From positions 741,527 through 805,526 of the forward strand of contig JADJIQ010000002.1 in the NCBI GenBank assembly GCA_016707005.1: 64,000 nucleotides of DNA. The letters run 5' to 3'. The notes under the pieces are model-generated. The model was not told the DNA's origin and ran no database searches. It saw only the letters and a program-made list of their open reading frames with translations. Position 1 is the stretch's first letter. Each line of letters starts with the position of its first letter. Positions 19,849-29,122 of this stretch are shown piece by piece. The translations under genes were made by a program, and so were the position numbers. This DNA is from Ignavibacteria bacterium. GTDB taxonomy: Bacteria > Bacteroidota > Ignavibacteria > Kapaibacteriales > Kapaibacteriaceae.

Positions 19849-22800
19849 TGTTCGGCGTTCTCTTGGTCAATAGGTTGTTCGATCACGCCCCAATGTTCAC
19901 GTCGGCACAAATCCGGATAGGAGCAGTAGGTACACGCCTCCTTCGAGGGACGCACGGGATATGCACCGCTACGAAGATCGATGAAAGCCGGGGATATCCG
20001 TTGAATGATGACCTCCACCTGTTCTGCAAGGGGCAAGGGGGGCGGGTCCTTCTTTGATCTGCGGATCGGGATCGGGAAACTCTCGTCGGCCAGCATCACT
20101 TGATACATCGACTTCTCCGGTGACCGCAGTGCCGTGCCGAACATTCGATACACAGCAGCAGCAGGACGAGCGTCGATCTCCTTCTCGCGGAAGAAGGCGG
20201 CCACCGCGGCGAGATACATCGGCATTTGTGTTGCCTTGCCGGCCTTGATCAATGGACGTGTTGCCGTTCCCGGAAGGTTTGCTTTGTAGTCGTTGACAAC
20301 AAACTCAAGCACGGAATCCACCATGGCAACATCCACTCTGTCGATGCGGGTCTTGACCTTCATCTTCTGCATCACATCGCCTACCGGAACGTCGATCTCC
20401 GTATCGATCTCGATCTCAAAGAGGACAGGCAAGAACCCTGTTGTTTGCTGATACGCGATCTCATTGGCAAGCCATCGACGCAGGAGACCAACGCGCATGC
20501 TTGTGCCAACGAGGGCTCGACGCTCAACTTCGGCATAGAGATGGTCCGGACGCATTTCGTGGAGAAGCTCATCAAGTAGATCGCAAAGTCTCTTCCAATG
20601 ATCTTCGAAAGGGGCTTTCCGGAGATCGACGCAATAAGCGGATAGTTCTTCGGCACTCGCGAATTGTAGTTCTTCATTGGGTTGGTAAGATCGATAGAAC
20701 CGCTGGACGAGTTCGTGCAACAAGATGCCGCGTTCGATCGACGTCATCTGCGTGTCGTTCTCACCACCATCGTCCTCCAGACGGAGAGTCTTGCTCGCAT
20801 GATACTTGAACGGACACTGGATCACCACGTCGAGGCGTGAAGGACTCATGGGTCTGTTCACGTCCTCATCAAATAGAGCAGCAGTTTCTTCATCAAGTCC
20901 GACTCGAACTTCACCTTCCTGCGAATCGTCGATAAAGGGCGAGAATTCACTTCGAATTCGCAGATCGCGTTGATCGAGCAGGATCGTTCGTTGCGGATCA
21001 AGCGACTCCCAGTGTTCGTTTGGTTCCGAGACCGTTGATACGCGATCAAGAAGTGATGACGAGAGAACCATCGACCCATCCAACGATTCAGGATAGGTAC
21101 AAAGAAGCATACCATCCGATGCAACCGATGCCACAATGTCTGCCATTGACTCAATGGCCATAGCCTCGCGAAGTCCGGGCACAAGATCTTCATCGAGCAT
21201 GTCCTGCGATGTCCGTGGAAACTCTCCCTCGATACAACCCACGACAACAACAAGTTTGCGCTTACGTCCGCGAAGTTCAGCCGGACGAACGATGCTGAGT
21301 CCGGTCGAAAATCCACTCTCTGACGATACGCTCACACTTTGAACAAGCATCCACCACACCCGGGTATGCTCCGCGAATGGTACGGGTGGCAGCCGGTGAT
21401 CCTTTGCTACAGCACAATACGAGGAAAGTGACTCTTCCAATGCCGCAACTGCCACACGTTCATACGTCGCAGCAGCGTCGAAGATCCCTAGACCGTTCCC
21501 GATATTCTGCCGAATGATCGACGAGAATCGTTCCGCATCCATGGCGTGTTCTGCTTGCACTTCGAGTCTGCTACGCAGAGACGAGATCGCACGTATCGCG
21601 CGCTCATATCGCGTGCGCTTTGCCTCCCACTCTTCGGCATTATCCGGATCTGCGCGCGCGAACGAGATCGCGTCGGAACGTTTGCGCTCACATCGTTGAT
21701 GCCAAGCGTTCGGCCCCTCGCCCCCTACGATACGATCCTCCCTCGCAACACGAAGAAGATGCGCCACATCGGGCACGGCATCACGAACGAACGGATCGCG
21801 CAACAGTCTTTCAACATCACTGCGAAGCCATCCACCACCGATGACTGTGCATGCCGAAAGCACAGCCGATGCTGCGCGTGTTGATGCAAGTGAGATGTCG
21901 GCATCAAGATCGATCGGGATACCGCTCGATGTGGCGAGTTCCCGAATGATTCGCATATAGTCAGATGAGCCCGGGACACATATCGCCATTTCAGAAAGAG
22001 GAGTCCCACGTCCTAGTGCTTCCTTGATAAGAGCCAGTGCACGACGGACCTCTTCACTGCGGGTCGAGAACGAGCGTTGAAGAAGTGTTGAATCGGAGTT
22101 CACATTGATTATGGATGCCGTTGGAGTACTACTGATCCATCCATGGGAAACGAACCACATGTGGTCTGTGCGGGACCTCCGAGAAGCCCCTTCTTCTACT
22201 CCGGGCAATTCAGGAGAGAATGCGATTGCAACATCCCAGTCACATCTACAAAGCGCATGAAGCAACATCCTGTCCACAAAGGTCACACCATGCGTATCGA
22301 GCACGAGCAAACGATCAACAACGGCACCGGATGGACGGAGGAGTTTGAAAGAGCTGCGACGGGAGATCTCGTCTGCTACAAAACCGCTATAGGTTCCTCT
22401 GTCGCATGCACGTCGTCCGACCAGATCGAGGAGTTCGAACCACACGTTTGCTACTGTCTGAAGGTGTTTCCTTCGTCGTTGTCCTTCTACTCGCCCCGAC
22501 AACTGTCGAACGAGTCCGGGCGAGAGTCCCTCTTGCGCCCAGCGTGCAAGACGCGATGCTTGCATTCTAACAGCGCCCGGACGTGTCTTTGCCGCATAAG
22601 CAGCATAACGAAGAAGAACATCGACCGACGCATCGGGCATGATCCGCGGACCATCCGGCAACACTTGCTGTCCAACCGCTCTGATGAATCCTGCCATTGT
22701 GAGGATCTCAGGGGGCTCCCCTCTGCCATGAGCTTGAGCCCAAGCAACCAGCACCTCGCTCCGTTGCCTCGCCGTTGGCACAACGATCACAAGCGGCCCC

Positions 22801-22892
22801 TCCGGCAACGCCGCTATCCGCGATGTCAACGTTTGTGCCTGTACAACGGGCTGCAGTACAGAGTTGGGGATCGAAGTGGTCCAAAGCGGCAT
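19845..22892 (-). CDS. PD-(D/E)XK nuclease superfamily protein, AddB/RexB-like (inactive-helicase N-region plus C-terminal RecB-type nuclease with Cys cluster)
   Basis: 1015 aa; C-terminus ...CTYCSYPDLCRREHW (Fe-S Cys motif typical of AddB nuclease domain); 4-nt overlap with Lon-related gene. Confidence 0.55.
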   Translation of the reverse strand: MPLWTTSIPNSVLQPVVQAQTLTSRIAALPEGPLVIVVPTARQRSEVLVAWAQAHGRGEPPEILTMAGFIRAVGQQVLPDGPRIMPDASVDVLLRYAAYAAKTRPGAVRMQASRLARWAQEGLSPGLVRQLSGRVEGQRRRKHLQTVANVWFELLDLVGRRACDRGTYSGFVADEISRRSSFKLLRPSGAVVDRLLVLDTHGVTFVDRMLLHALCRCDWDVAIAFSPELPGVEEGASRRSRTDHMWFVSHGWISSTPTASIINVNSDSTLLQRSFSTRSEEVRRALALIKEALGRGTPLSEMAICVPGSSDYMRIIRELATSSGIPIDLDADISLASTRAASAVLSACTVIGGGWLRSDVERLLRDPFVRDAVPDVAHLLRVAREDRIVGGEGPNAWHQRCERKRSDAISFARADPDNAEEWEAKRTRYERAIRAISSLRSRLEVQAEHAMDAERFSSIIRQNIGNGLGIFDAAATYERVAVAALEESLSSYCAVAKDHRLPPVPFAEHTRVWWMLVQSVSVSSESGFSTGLSIVRPAELRGRKRKLVVVVGCIEGEFPRTSQDMLDEDLVPGLREAMAIESMADIVASVASDGMLLCTYPESLDGSMVLSSSLLDRVSTVSEPNEHWESLDPQRTILLDQRDLRIRSEFSPFIDDSQEGEVRVGLDEETAALFDEDVNRPMSPSRLDVVIQCPFKYHASKTLRLEDDGGENDTQMTSIERGILLHELVQRFYRSYQPNEELQFASAEELSAYCVDLRKAPFEDHWKRLCDLLDELLHEMRPDHLYAEVERRALVGTSMRVGLLRRWLANEIAYQQTTGFLPVLFEIEIDTEIDVPVGDVMQKMKVKTRIDRVDVAMVDSVLEFVVNDYKANLPGTATRPLIKAGKATQMPMYLAAVAAFFREKEIDARPAAAVYRMFGTALRSPEKSMYQVMLADESFPIPIRRSKKDPPPLPLAEQVEVIIQRISPAFIDLRSGAYPVRPSKEACTYCSYPDLCRREHWGVIEQPIDQENAEQ

Positions 22893-22951
22893 CGTGATGG
22901 CTGTGCGGTGAGGGGTCGGTATCTTCGTGCACTTCTGTGCACGGACTCAAT

Positions 22952-23623
22952 ATGACCGCCCCTTTCCACCTGTGCAAATCATACATTCTCAGCGCACCTG
23001 CTGCACTGCTCATCATGGCTCTGGCCGGCTGCGGTTCCGGTCAGCCCGTGCGCGTACTCTCCGAAGGAGAGACAACGATCAATGCCTCCCTTGGCGGACC
23101 GATCGTTCCGTCAAGCTCACCGGTGGGCTTTGTTCCGTACATCACCGCCGGTGCTACTCACGGCCTCAACAATGACATCTCTGTCCACGGGAACCTACAC
23201 CTGTTGATGTCGGCATTTGCCGTGGGTGGACTCGACCTTGGTGCCAGCGCCCGTCTGATCCGTCAAGACAACGTTATCCCGGAGCTCACTCTGGGCGCGC
23301 GACTCATCGGCTTCATGAAGTTCGGCGACCCTGTTGCCCCTCGATTGTATCCGGACGTCTCTCTCAATGGCAGCTGGGAGATCGCTGATCGAACACTTGT
23401 CTATGCCGGTGCGCACGGCACATTTCAATGGAAGCCTGGCGCATTCTACCTCAGTCCGTTCGTTGGCCTACAGTTTCCTCTTTCTACCTCCTTCAGCCTT
23501 CAAACAGAACTCATCTGGCAGGCATCGAATCATGATACACGCGTAGGGATCTTTGAAGGGGAATCATCCATTGGCGGCATGGGCTCATTCGGCGCCTTTG
23601 TAGCAGGAGTGATCACGCTATGA
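22952..23623 (+). CDS. hypothetical lipoprotein
   Basis: Lipobox LIMALAG-C after ATG at 22952; no other motif. Confidence 0.4.
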   Translation: MTAPFHLCKSYILSAPAALLIMALAGCGSGQPVRVLSEGETTINASLGGPIVPSSSPVGFVPYITAGATHGLNNDISVHGNLHLLMSAFAVGGLDLGASARLIRQDNVIPELTLGARLIGFMKFGDPVAPRLYPDVSLNGSWEIADRTLVYAGAHGTFQWKPGAFYLSPFVGLQFPLSTSFSLQTELIWQASNHDTRVGIFEGESSIGGMGSFGAFVAGVITL

Positions 23624-24444
23624 GAACTCTACTGCTGTCTCTTGCTACATGCTTCATCGCAACGTCCTGCACGATGGACAGTTTTCTGTTCAATGCAGAG
23701 CCCCTTACCGAATACGTTCTCCGCACCACAGTCATCCCCGACACCAGTAGAGTAGAAGTAGCACTCCTATCCGATGGTGAAACGATCTACGGATATTTTG
23801 TGCGTCAGACAGATTCGTTGCGGGTGAAGCCCCATCCCACGATCATCTACCATCATGGCAACCGCGATCACCTGCAGTACTATTGGGACCGTGTTGAACT
23901 TCTGTATCAGGCAGGATTCGATGTCTTCATCTACGACTATCGTGGCTTTGGTAAGAGCACCGGAACCAGCTCCGAACAAGGCTTGAGGGCCGATGCACGT
24001 GCCGCACTCTCCTACGTGATGAGCAGAGCCGATGTAGATACAACGCAGATCGTCCACTACGGATTTTCGCTAGGGGGCTTCCCTGCGCTCTATTCTGCAA
24101 CTGAACTTCACAGTCCAAAGACGTTGATCACAGAGAGCATTTTTGCCTCCGGCGAAACACTCGTTCAAAGCGGCACACTCCTCAATGTTCCCGGTTCCTA
24201 CCTTTTGGAGGGGGCGTTTGACAATATGGTCCCGATGCAGAAAAGAACATGTCCGGTTCTGATCATCCATGGAACAAACGACACCTTTATCGGTGTTGAC
24301 GCCAATGGTCAACGACTGTACGATGTGGCACGTCAGCCACGGAGCTTCGTGCGCATCGAAGGTGCAGACCATAACAACGTTCCGTACGTCTATGGGACGC
24401 AGAACTATATCGACCTCATCACCACATTCATCCGAGGCAACTGA
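23620..24444 (+). CDS. alpha/beta hydrolase (dienelactone hydrolase / S9-like)
   Basis: HGNRDH...YDYRGFGKSTG, nucleophile elbow GFSLGG, C-terminal HG...D...H triad elements. Confidence 0.7.
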   Translation: MRTLLLSLATCFIATSCTMDSFLFNAEPLTEYVLRTTVIPDTSRVEVALLSDGETIYGYFVRQTDSLRVKPHPTIIYHHGNRDHLQYYWDRVELLYQAGFDVFIYDYRGFGKSTGTSSEQGLRADARAALSYVMSRADVDTTQIVHYGFSLGGFPALYSATELHSPKTLITESIFASGETLVQSGTLLNVPGSYLLEGAFDNMVPMQKRTCPVLIIHGTNDTFIGVDANGQRLYDVARQPRSFVRIEGADHNNVPYVYGTQNYIDLITTFIRGN

Positions 24445-24446
24445 GC

Positions 24447-25043
24447 GTGTTCACAGGATTGATCGAAGAGACAGGCGTGGTCACGTCAACGGTTGACCAA
24501 GCAGATGGCAAGCGCATCACGATCGCCGCTTCGCTAACGTTGGAAGATCTTGAGATCGACAACAGTATCGCCGTCAACGGAGTCTGCCTTACAGTGGTGG
24601 AGCGAACACCGAACACCTTTGATGTTGACGTGGTTGCTGAGACGCTGCGAAAGACAACCATCGGAATGCTTCGTCCGGATTCCGCTGTGAACCTCGAACG
24701 CGCCGTACGACTCAGCGATCGCCTTGGTGGTCACATCGTGCAAGGGCATGTAGATGCAACCGGCATCGTTGACACCATCCGCACCGGCGACGCAGGCTGG
24801 GAGATGTGGATCAGATTCCCTGCCGAGTATCGCAAGTGGCTTATTCCCGTTGGATCCGTCTGTATCAACGGCATTTCGTTGACCGTGGCAGAACTCGAGC
24901 CAGAACGATTCAAGGTGGCCATCATTCCACACACACTTTCCGTTACAACGCTCTCAACGTTGAACGAGAAGGACTCCGTCAATCTCGAATTCGACGTCCT
25001 CGCCAAATACATCGAAAACATCGCCACCTACAGAACATCATGA
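24447..25043 (+). CDS. ribE: riboflavin synthase (alpha subunit)
   Basis: MFTGLIEETGVV... duplicated lumazine-binding halves (SIAVNGVCLTVV / SVCINGISLTVA); GTG start. Confidence 0.85.
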   Translation: MFTGLIEETGVVTSTVDQADGKRITIAASLTLEDLEIDNSIAVNGVCLTVVERTPNTFDVDVVAETLRKTTIGMLRPDSAVNLERAVRLSDRLGGHIVQGHVDATGIVDTIRTGDAGWEMWIRFPAEYRKWLIPVGSVCINGISLTVAELEPERFKVAIIPHTLSVTTLSTLNEKDSVNLEFDVLAKYIENIATYRTS

Positions 25044-26536
25044 GCCTCCCAACAACGATCGGCGAGCTGAAGGCAGCAGGATATCAATACGAGTCTGTGA
25101 AGGACGAGCTACGTCGCAACGTGATCGAACGACTGCGAACCAACACGCCCATCTTCTCCGGCATCATCGGATTCGATGACACCGTGATACCGCAGATCGT
25201 GAACGCCATTCTTGCAAAGCACGATATTCTCTTGCTCGGTCTACGCGGTCAGGCAAAGACGCGCATCGCACGTCAACTCACCACGCTACTCGACGAATTC
25301 ATCCCTGTTGTCAAGGGCTCCGAGATCAACGATCATCCGTTGCGCCCCGTGTCCTACCAGGCCGTGCAGCTCGTTGCCGAACACGGAGATGCTACACCGA
25401 TCGAATGGCGTCCGCGCGAGGAACGCTATGGCGAGAAGCTTGCAACTCCAGACGTTAGTGTGGCCGACCTCATCGGAGACATCGATCCGATCAAGGCTGC
25501 CTCGCAACGTCTGCATTATGCACATGAGGGCGCCATCCACTTTGGGATCATTCCGCGCTCCAACCGAGGCATCTTTGTCATCAACGAAGTACCCGATCTT
25601 CAGCCTCGCATTCAAGTAGCGTTGTTCAACATTCTACAAGAGCGCGATATTCAGATAAGGGGCTTTAATGTTCGCCTCCCGATGGACATCGTGATGGTGT
25701 TCACGGCCAACCCTGAAGACTACACCAATCGTGGATCCATCGTTACGCCACTTAAGGACCGCATTCAGTCGCAGATCCTCACGCACTATCCGCGCAGCAT
25801 CGAAGACGGCATGGCCATCACTGCACAAGAATCATGGGTTGAGCGCTCGGGAATGCCCCTTATCATCCCTACGTATCTCAGCCAGGTTGTTGAGTCCGTT
25901 GCCATGATCGCTCGCACGAGCGAATACATCGATCAAACCAGCGGCGTTAGTGCGCGACTCACCATCTCCACGATGGAGAACATGGTCTCCAATGCCGAAC
26001 GTCGCGCCTACATCACCGGCGAGATGATCGTAGCCCCCCGACTCTGCGACCTTGGTCAGGCACTTGCAGGCATCACCGGCAAGGTGGAACTCGTCTTTGA
26101 GGGCGAAGAAGAAGGACCGCAGAAGGTTGCACGAGCACTCATCGGCAAGGCCGTGCGCGAGGTCTTCCGTCTTTCCATGCCTGATCCGAATGTGCGCAGA
26201 GCTCGTAAGGGAACTGCTGAAGAGAAACCCGATCCCTATCAGGCCATCGTCCGGTGGTTCGAACAAGGTCACGTTGTGAACATCGATGACCGAATGACAA
26301 ACGAGGAATTCTACAACGCCCTCATCGCCGTCCCCACACTCGCTCAGCTCGCATCCGTCTCGTTCCATGTAGAGACGTCAGACACTATTCGTCTAGCAAC
26401 CGCTATGGAATTCATTCTGGATGCACTGCATCAACATTCCAAGCTTGCAAAAGACGACAACAGCATGCAGACCACGTACAGAGATCTGGTGGGAAGCATT
26501 TTTACGCCGCCTTTGTCGATGACAGAGGACGAATAG
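25040..26536 (+). CDS. AAA+ ATPase, Mg-chelatase/Lon-related N-domain-like (no protease domain)
   Basis: ATG overlaps ribE stop (ATGA); Walker A LLLGLRGQAKTRIARQL, Walker B GIFVINEVPDL, sensor region; architecture resembles N-terminal ATPase part of the Lon-related protein at 17425; stop TAG is first triplet of the TAGTTAC array. Confidence 0.5.
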   Translation: MSLPTTIGELKAAGYQYESVKDELRRNVIERLRTNTPIFSGIIGFDDTVIPQIVNAILAKHDILLLGLRGQAKTRIARQLTTLLDEFIPVVKGSEINDHPLRPVSYQAVQLVAEHGDATPIEWRPREERYGEKLATPDVSVADLIGDIDPIKAASQRLHYAHEGAIHFGIIPRSNRGIFVINEVPDLQPRIQVALFNILQERDIQIRGFNVRLPMDIVMVFTANPEDYTNRGSIVTPLKDRIQSQILTHYPRSIEDGMAITAQESWVERSGMPLIIPTYLSQVVESVAMIARTSEYIDQTSGVSARLTISTMENMVSNAERRAYITGEMIVAPRLCDLGQALAGITGKVELVFEGEEEGPQKVARALIGKAVREVFRLSMPDPNVRRARKGTAEEKPDPYQAIVRWFEQGHVVNIDDRMTNEEFYNALIAVPTLAQLASVSFHVETSDTIRLATAMEFILDALHQHSKLAKDDNSMQTTYRDLVGSIFTPPLSMTEDE

Positions 26537-26627
26537 TTACTAGTTACTGGTTACTAGTTACTAGTTACTGGTTACTGGTTACTAGTTACTAGTTACTGGT
26601 TACTAGTTACTGGTTACTATTTACTAG
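26534..26627. repeat. tandem array TAGTTAC / TGGTTAC x about 13 (left arm of 4HB cassette 1)
   Basis: Direct reading tagttactagttactggttactagttac... Confidence 0.85.
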
Positions 26628-26691
26628 GTCTGGCGAAGGAGAAGTTTATTGAGGCGTGTCACGTACTGACGTGTTGAGAGCACGTAGCAGG

Positions 26692-27090
26692 ATGGGTCAT
26701 GAACGAGATATCATAAAAGAGCGACTTGTCGCTAGTCCACTGCACATCCTTTCAATCGAGTTTTCTCGAGAGGTGCGCAGTCTTGTACGGAAGGCATTCC
26801 AACATCAGGTTGTTGAGCGAATGCCACTTGATCAACTGTATCGTTCGGGGTCCTCGGTTGGAGCGAATATCCGTGAGAGCAGATATGCAGAATCTCCAAA
26901 GGACTTTGTACATAAGCTCAAGATCGCGGAGAAAGAGCTGGGTGAATTCTTCTATTGGATTGGATTGCTGTCGTCGAAACACGACATTTTTGATGAAGAC
27001 GCTGCCGCTGCCTGCGTCAACAAAGGCACACAAGTCCAAAAGCTACTTTCTTCGATCATTGTAACAACGAAACGCAACAACAGTTTGTAA
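26692..27090 (+). CDS. four-helix-bundle protein (TIGR02436 / 23S rRNA intervening-sequence protein family)
   Basis: Family core ...VVERMPLDQLYRSGSSVGANIRESRYAESPKDFVHKLKIAEKELGEFFYWIGLL; first ATG at 26692 (ORF-track start 26656 is GTG). Confidence 0.65.
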   Translation: MGHERDIIKERLVASPLHILSIEFSREVRSLVRKAFQHQVVERMPLDQLYRSGSSVGANIRESRYAESPKDFVHKLKIAEKELGEFFYWIGLLSSKHDIFDEDAAAACVNKGTQVQKLLSSIIVTTKRNNSL

Positions 27091-27123
27091 TCTCTTACGA
27101 ATTGCAATTCAACGAGGTATGGT

Positions 27124-27152
27124 GTAACTAGTAACTAGAAACTAGTAACTAG
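27124..27152. repeat. inverted array GTAACTA x 4 (right arm of 4HB cassette 1)
   Basis: gtaactagtaactagaaactagtaactag = reverse complement of left-arm unit; ends 2 nt before stop codon of convergent peptidase gene. Confidence 0.85.
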
Positions 27153-27154
27153 AC

Positions 27155-28705
27155 TTACTCTTCAAATCCCGCCGGAACATACGTTCCTCTTGGCATCTGA
27201 GTGGCAGTCCACATAACGTGGGTTGCGAGGCGTGTGATGCCAACGAGATCTGCCATGTTGATCTTCGATATCTCGTCGCCGGGCTTATGATAGTCTTTGT
27301 GTTCGCCGGTGAAGTAGAAGATCACGGGGATGCGTTTCATTGCAAAGGATGCTTGATCGCTGCGGAAGAAGTACTGCTCGATGTCGTAGGCAAGGTTGAA
27401 GGGTTTGGCGAGTGATGTGTTTGCTTCTTCATTGAGCTTCATGAGATCCGGACAGCGTTCGTTGCCGCCGATGGAGAGTTTGTTCGTTTCGCATCTGCCG
27501 ATCATGTCCATGTTGGACATCGCAACACACTTCGAGAGTGGAAGGGGCGAAGCACGCACATAGGCTTTGGAGCCGAGGAGCCCCTTTTCTTCGCCGGAGA
27601 AGGCAACGTAGACAATACTTCGTGACGGACGCTGAGTGCTTGCTGCGAGTGCTTGTGCCGAAAGCAGGAGTCCGGTAGTGCCGGAGCCGTTATCATCCGC
27701 TCCGTTATAGATAGAGTCACCTTCTGCATTGGCCTTCCCTACACCAACGTGATCATAATGCGCACCGATCACGGCATATTCGTCCGGTGTTTCGGAGCCG
27801 CGTAGGAGACCAACAACATTGCGGACCTTTACGATCTCGTGGTCAAGGGCAACAGAACATGAGAAACGAACTCCGGCGATCTCTCGTGAGCGCGGGATGA
27901 GGGTTGAGTCGATCGCACGTGTTATCGATACTACACCGGCGAGGGAGTCAAACAACAGAATAGCCGGGCGTTCTCCGATGTGGATGGACGGGATACGTTT
28001 TGTGCTATCCGGCAATTGTAGGGGGCGGGATGCACGCGAGAGGTTTGGGAAGACCGATGGCCATGGATATCCGGAAACGAATGGTTTGCGGAGCGTGCGA
28101 AGGGCATCGATGACGAGCAGTCCTACTGCGCCTTTGGAACGTGCGAGTTTTAGCTTCTCACTGTTTGAGCCGTGGCGGGTGAATTGTTTGCCACGGAAAC
28201 GGGTGGTGTCTGCATTGTCGGGCTCGCCTCGCAAGACAACGACCACTGCCCCCTTTACATCGATACCGGCGTAGTCATCGTATGAATACTCCGGTGCAGT
28301 GATCCCATATCCGGCAAATACAACACGTGCGTTGGTGATGACTCCTTCGCCCGTCTGTTCAAAGGGCATAAAATCGGTCTTGACGGAGAACGCAAAAGTG
28401 TCTGTGCCTCTTGTGAAATACATCGATGTTGGGAGACGAAGATCGAGGCGTTCGAGATCGTAGACCTGATCATAGGAACCATTGATCGGCTCAAGACCGA
28501 TACGTTTGAATTCCGATACGATGTAATCGGCGGCCTGCTCGAGTTCTCGTGAAGGTGTGTCTCTGCCGCGCATTTCGTCTGAGGACAGAAATGCAAGGTG
28601 ACGTCTTGCAGCAACCGTATCGAAATACAGCTCTGCATCCGGTGGGAATGGTCGGGGCTCTGATGCGCCACCGATGGCCAATGCGAGGAGAAGAGAGAGG
28701 ATCAT
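27155..28705 (-). CDS. M28-family peptidase with PA domain (aminopeptidase)
   Basis: Zn ligand motifs IGAHYDHVG, NGADDNGSGTTGLL, VAFSGEEKGLLGS; signal peptide. Confidence 0.8.
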   Translation of the reverse strand: MILSLLLALAIGGASEPRPFPPDAELYFDTVAARRHLAFLSSDEMRGRDTPSRELEQAADYIVSEFKRIGLEPINGSYDQVYDLERLDLRLPTSMYFTRGTDTFAFSVKTDFMPFEQTGEGVITNARVVFAGYGITAPEYSYDDYAGIDVKGAVVVVLRGEPDNADTTRFRGKQFTRHGSNSEKLKLARSKGAVGLLVIDALRTLRKPFVSGYPWPSVFPNLSRASRPLQLPDSTKRIPSIHIGERPAILLFDSLAGVVSITRAIDSTLIPRSREIAGVRFSCSVALDHEIVKVRNVVGLLRGSETPDEYAVIGAHYDHVGVGKANAEGDSIYNGADDNGSGTTGLLLSAQALAASTQRPSRSIVYVAFSGEEKGLLGSKAYVRASPLPLSKCVAMSNMDMIGRCETNKLSIGGNERCPDLMKLNEEANTSLAKPFNLAYDIEQYFFRSDQASFAMKRIPVIFYFTGEHKDYHKPGDEISKINMADLVGITRLATHVMWTATQMPRGTYVPAGFEE

Positions 28706-29118
28706 CAGCGGAAGTATTTGATCATGACCGTCGTGCCCGGATCGGCGCGACGGAATTCGACCACATCAGCGAGGTGGCGAATGAGAAAAACCCCTCTGCC
28801 CCCTTCACGAAGGAGATTTTCGGGGAGTCGAGGGTCGGGTACGGCGTCAGCATCAAAACCACTACCGAAATCGCGGACCAACACGATGATCTCGTGAGCG
28901 GAGATCTGAATGTCCACGTGTACAGCGATCTCAGCGATGCAGTGGTGTGCGTGGATGATGGCATTATTCACCGCTTCCGTAACGGCAACATGCATATCGT
29001 GGAAGCGGCTGGGTCCAAGCGATTGCAGTTCGTTGACGGAACGCAGGAATGGCTCCACCATCGTGATACAGGAGCGTTCACTTGGCACACGAAGGGAATA
29101 TGTGTTGACCTGGCTCAT
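28705..29118 (-). CDS. anti-sigma regulatory factor, RsbW-type Ser/Thr kinase (GHKL ATPase)
   Basis: EAVNNAIIHA (N-box), VRDFGSGF, GGRGVFLI (G-boxes); start at ATG 29118 rather than ORF-track 29181. Confidence 0.65.
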   Translation of the reverse strand: MSQVNTYSLRVPSERSCITMVEPFLRSVNELQSLGPSRFHDMHVAVTEAVNNAIIHAHHCIAEIAVHVDIQISAHEIIVLVRDFGSGFDADAVPDPRLPENLLREGGRGVFLIRHLADVVEFRRADPGTTVMIKYFR

Positions 29119-29122
29119 GGTA

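Larger units (their letters stand above)
26534..27152 (+). mobile_element. putative foldback cassette 1: inverted heptamer arrays enclosing a 4HB gene
   Basis: Inverted tandem-repeat arms flush against neighbouring stop codons; single cargo gene of 4HB family. Confidence 0.4.

Noticed and set aside
24806-25039. N-terminal extension of the AAA+ ATPase ORF overlapping ribE
   Set aside because: Would overlap the whole ribE C-terminus in another frame; ATG at 25040 forms an ATGA junction with ribE.
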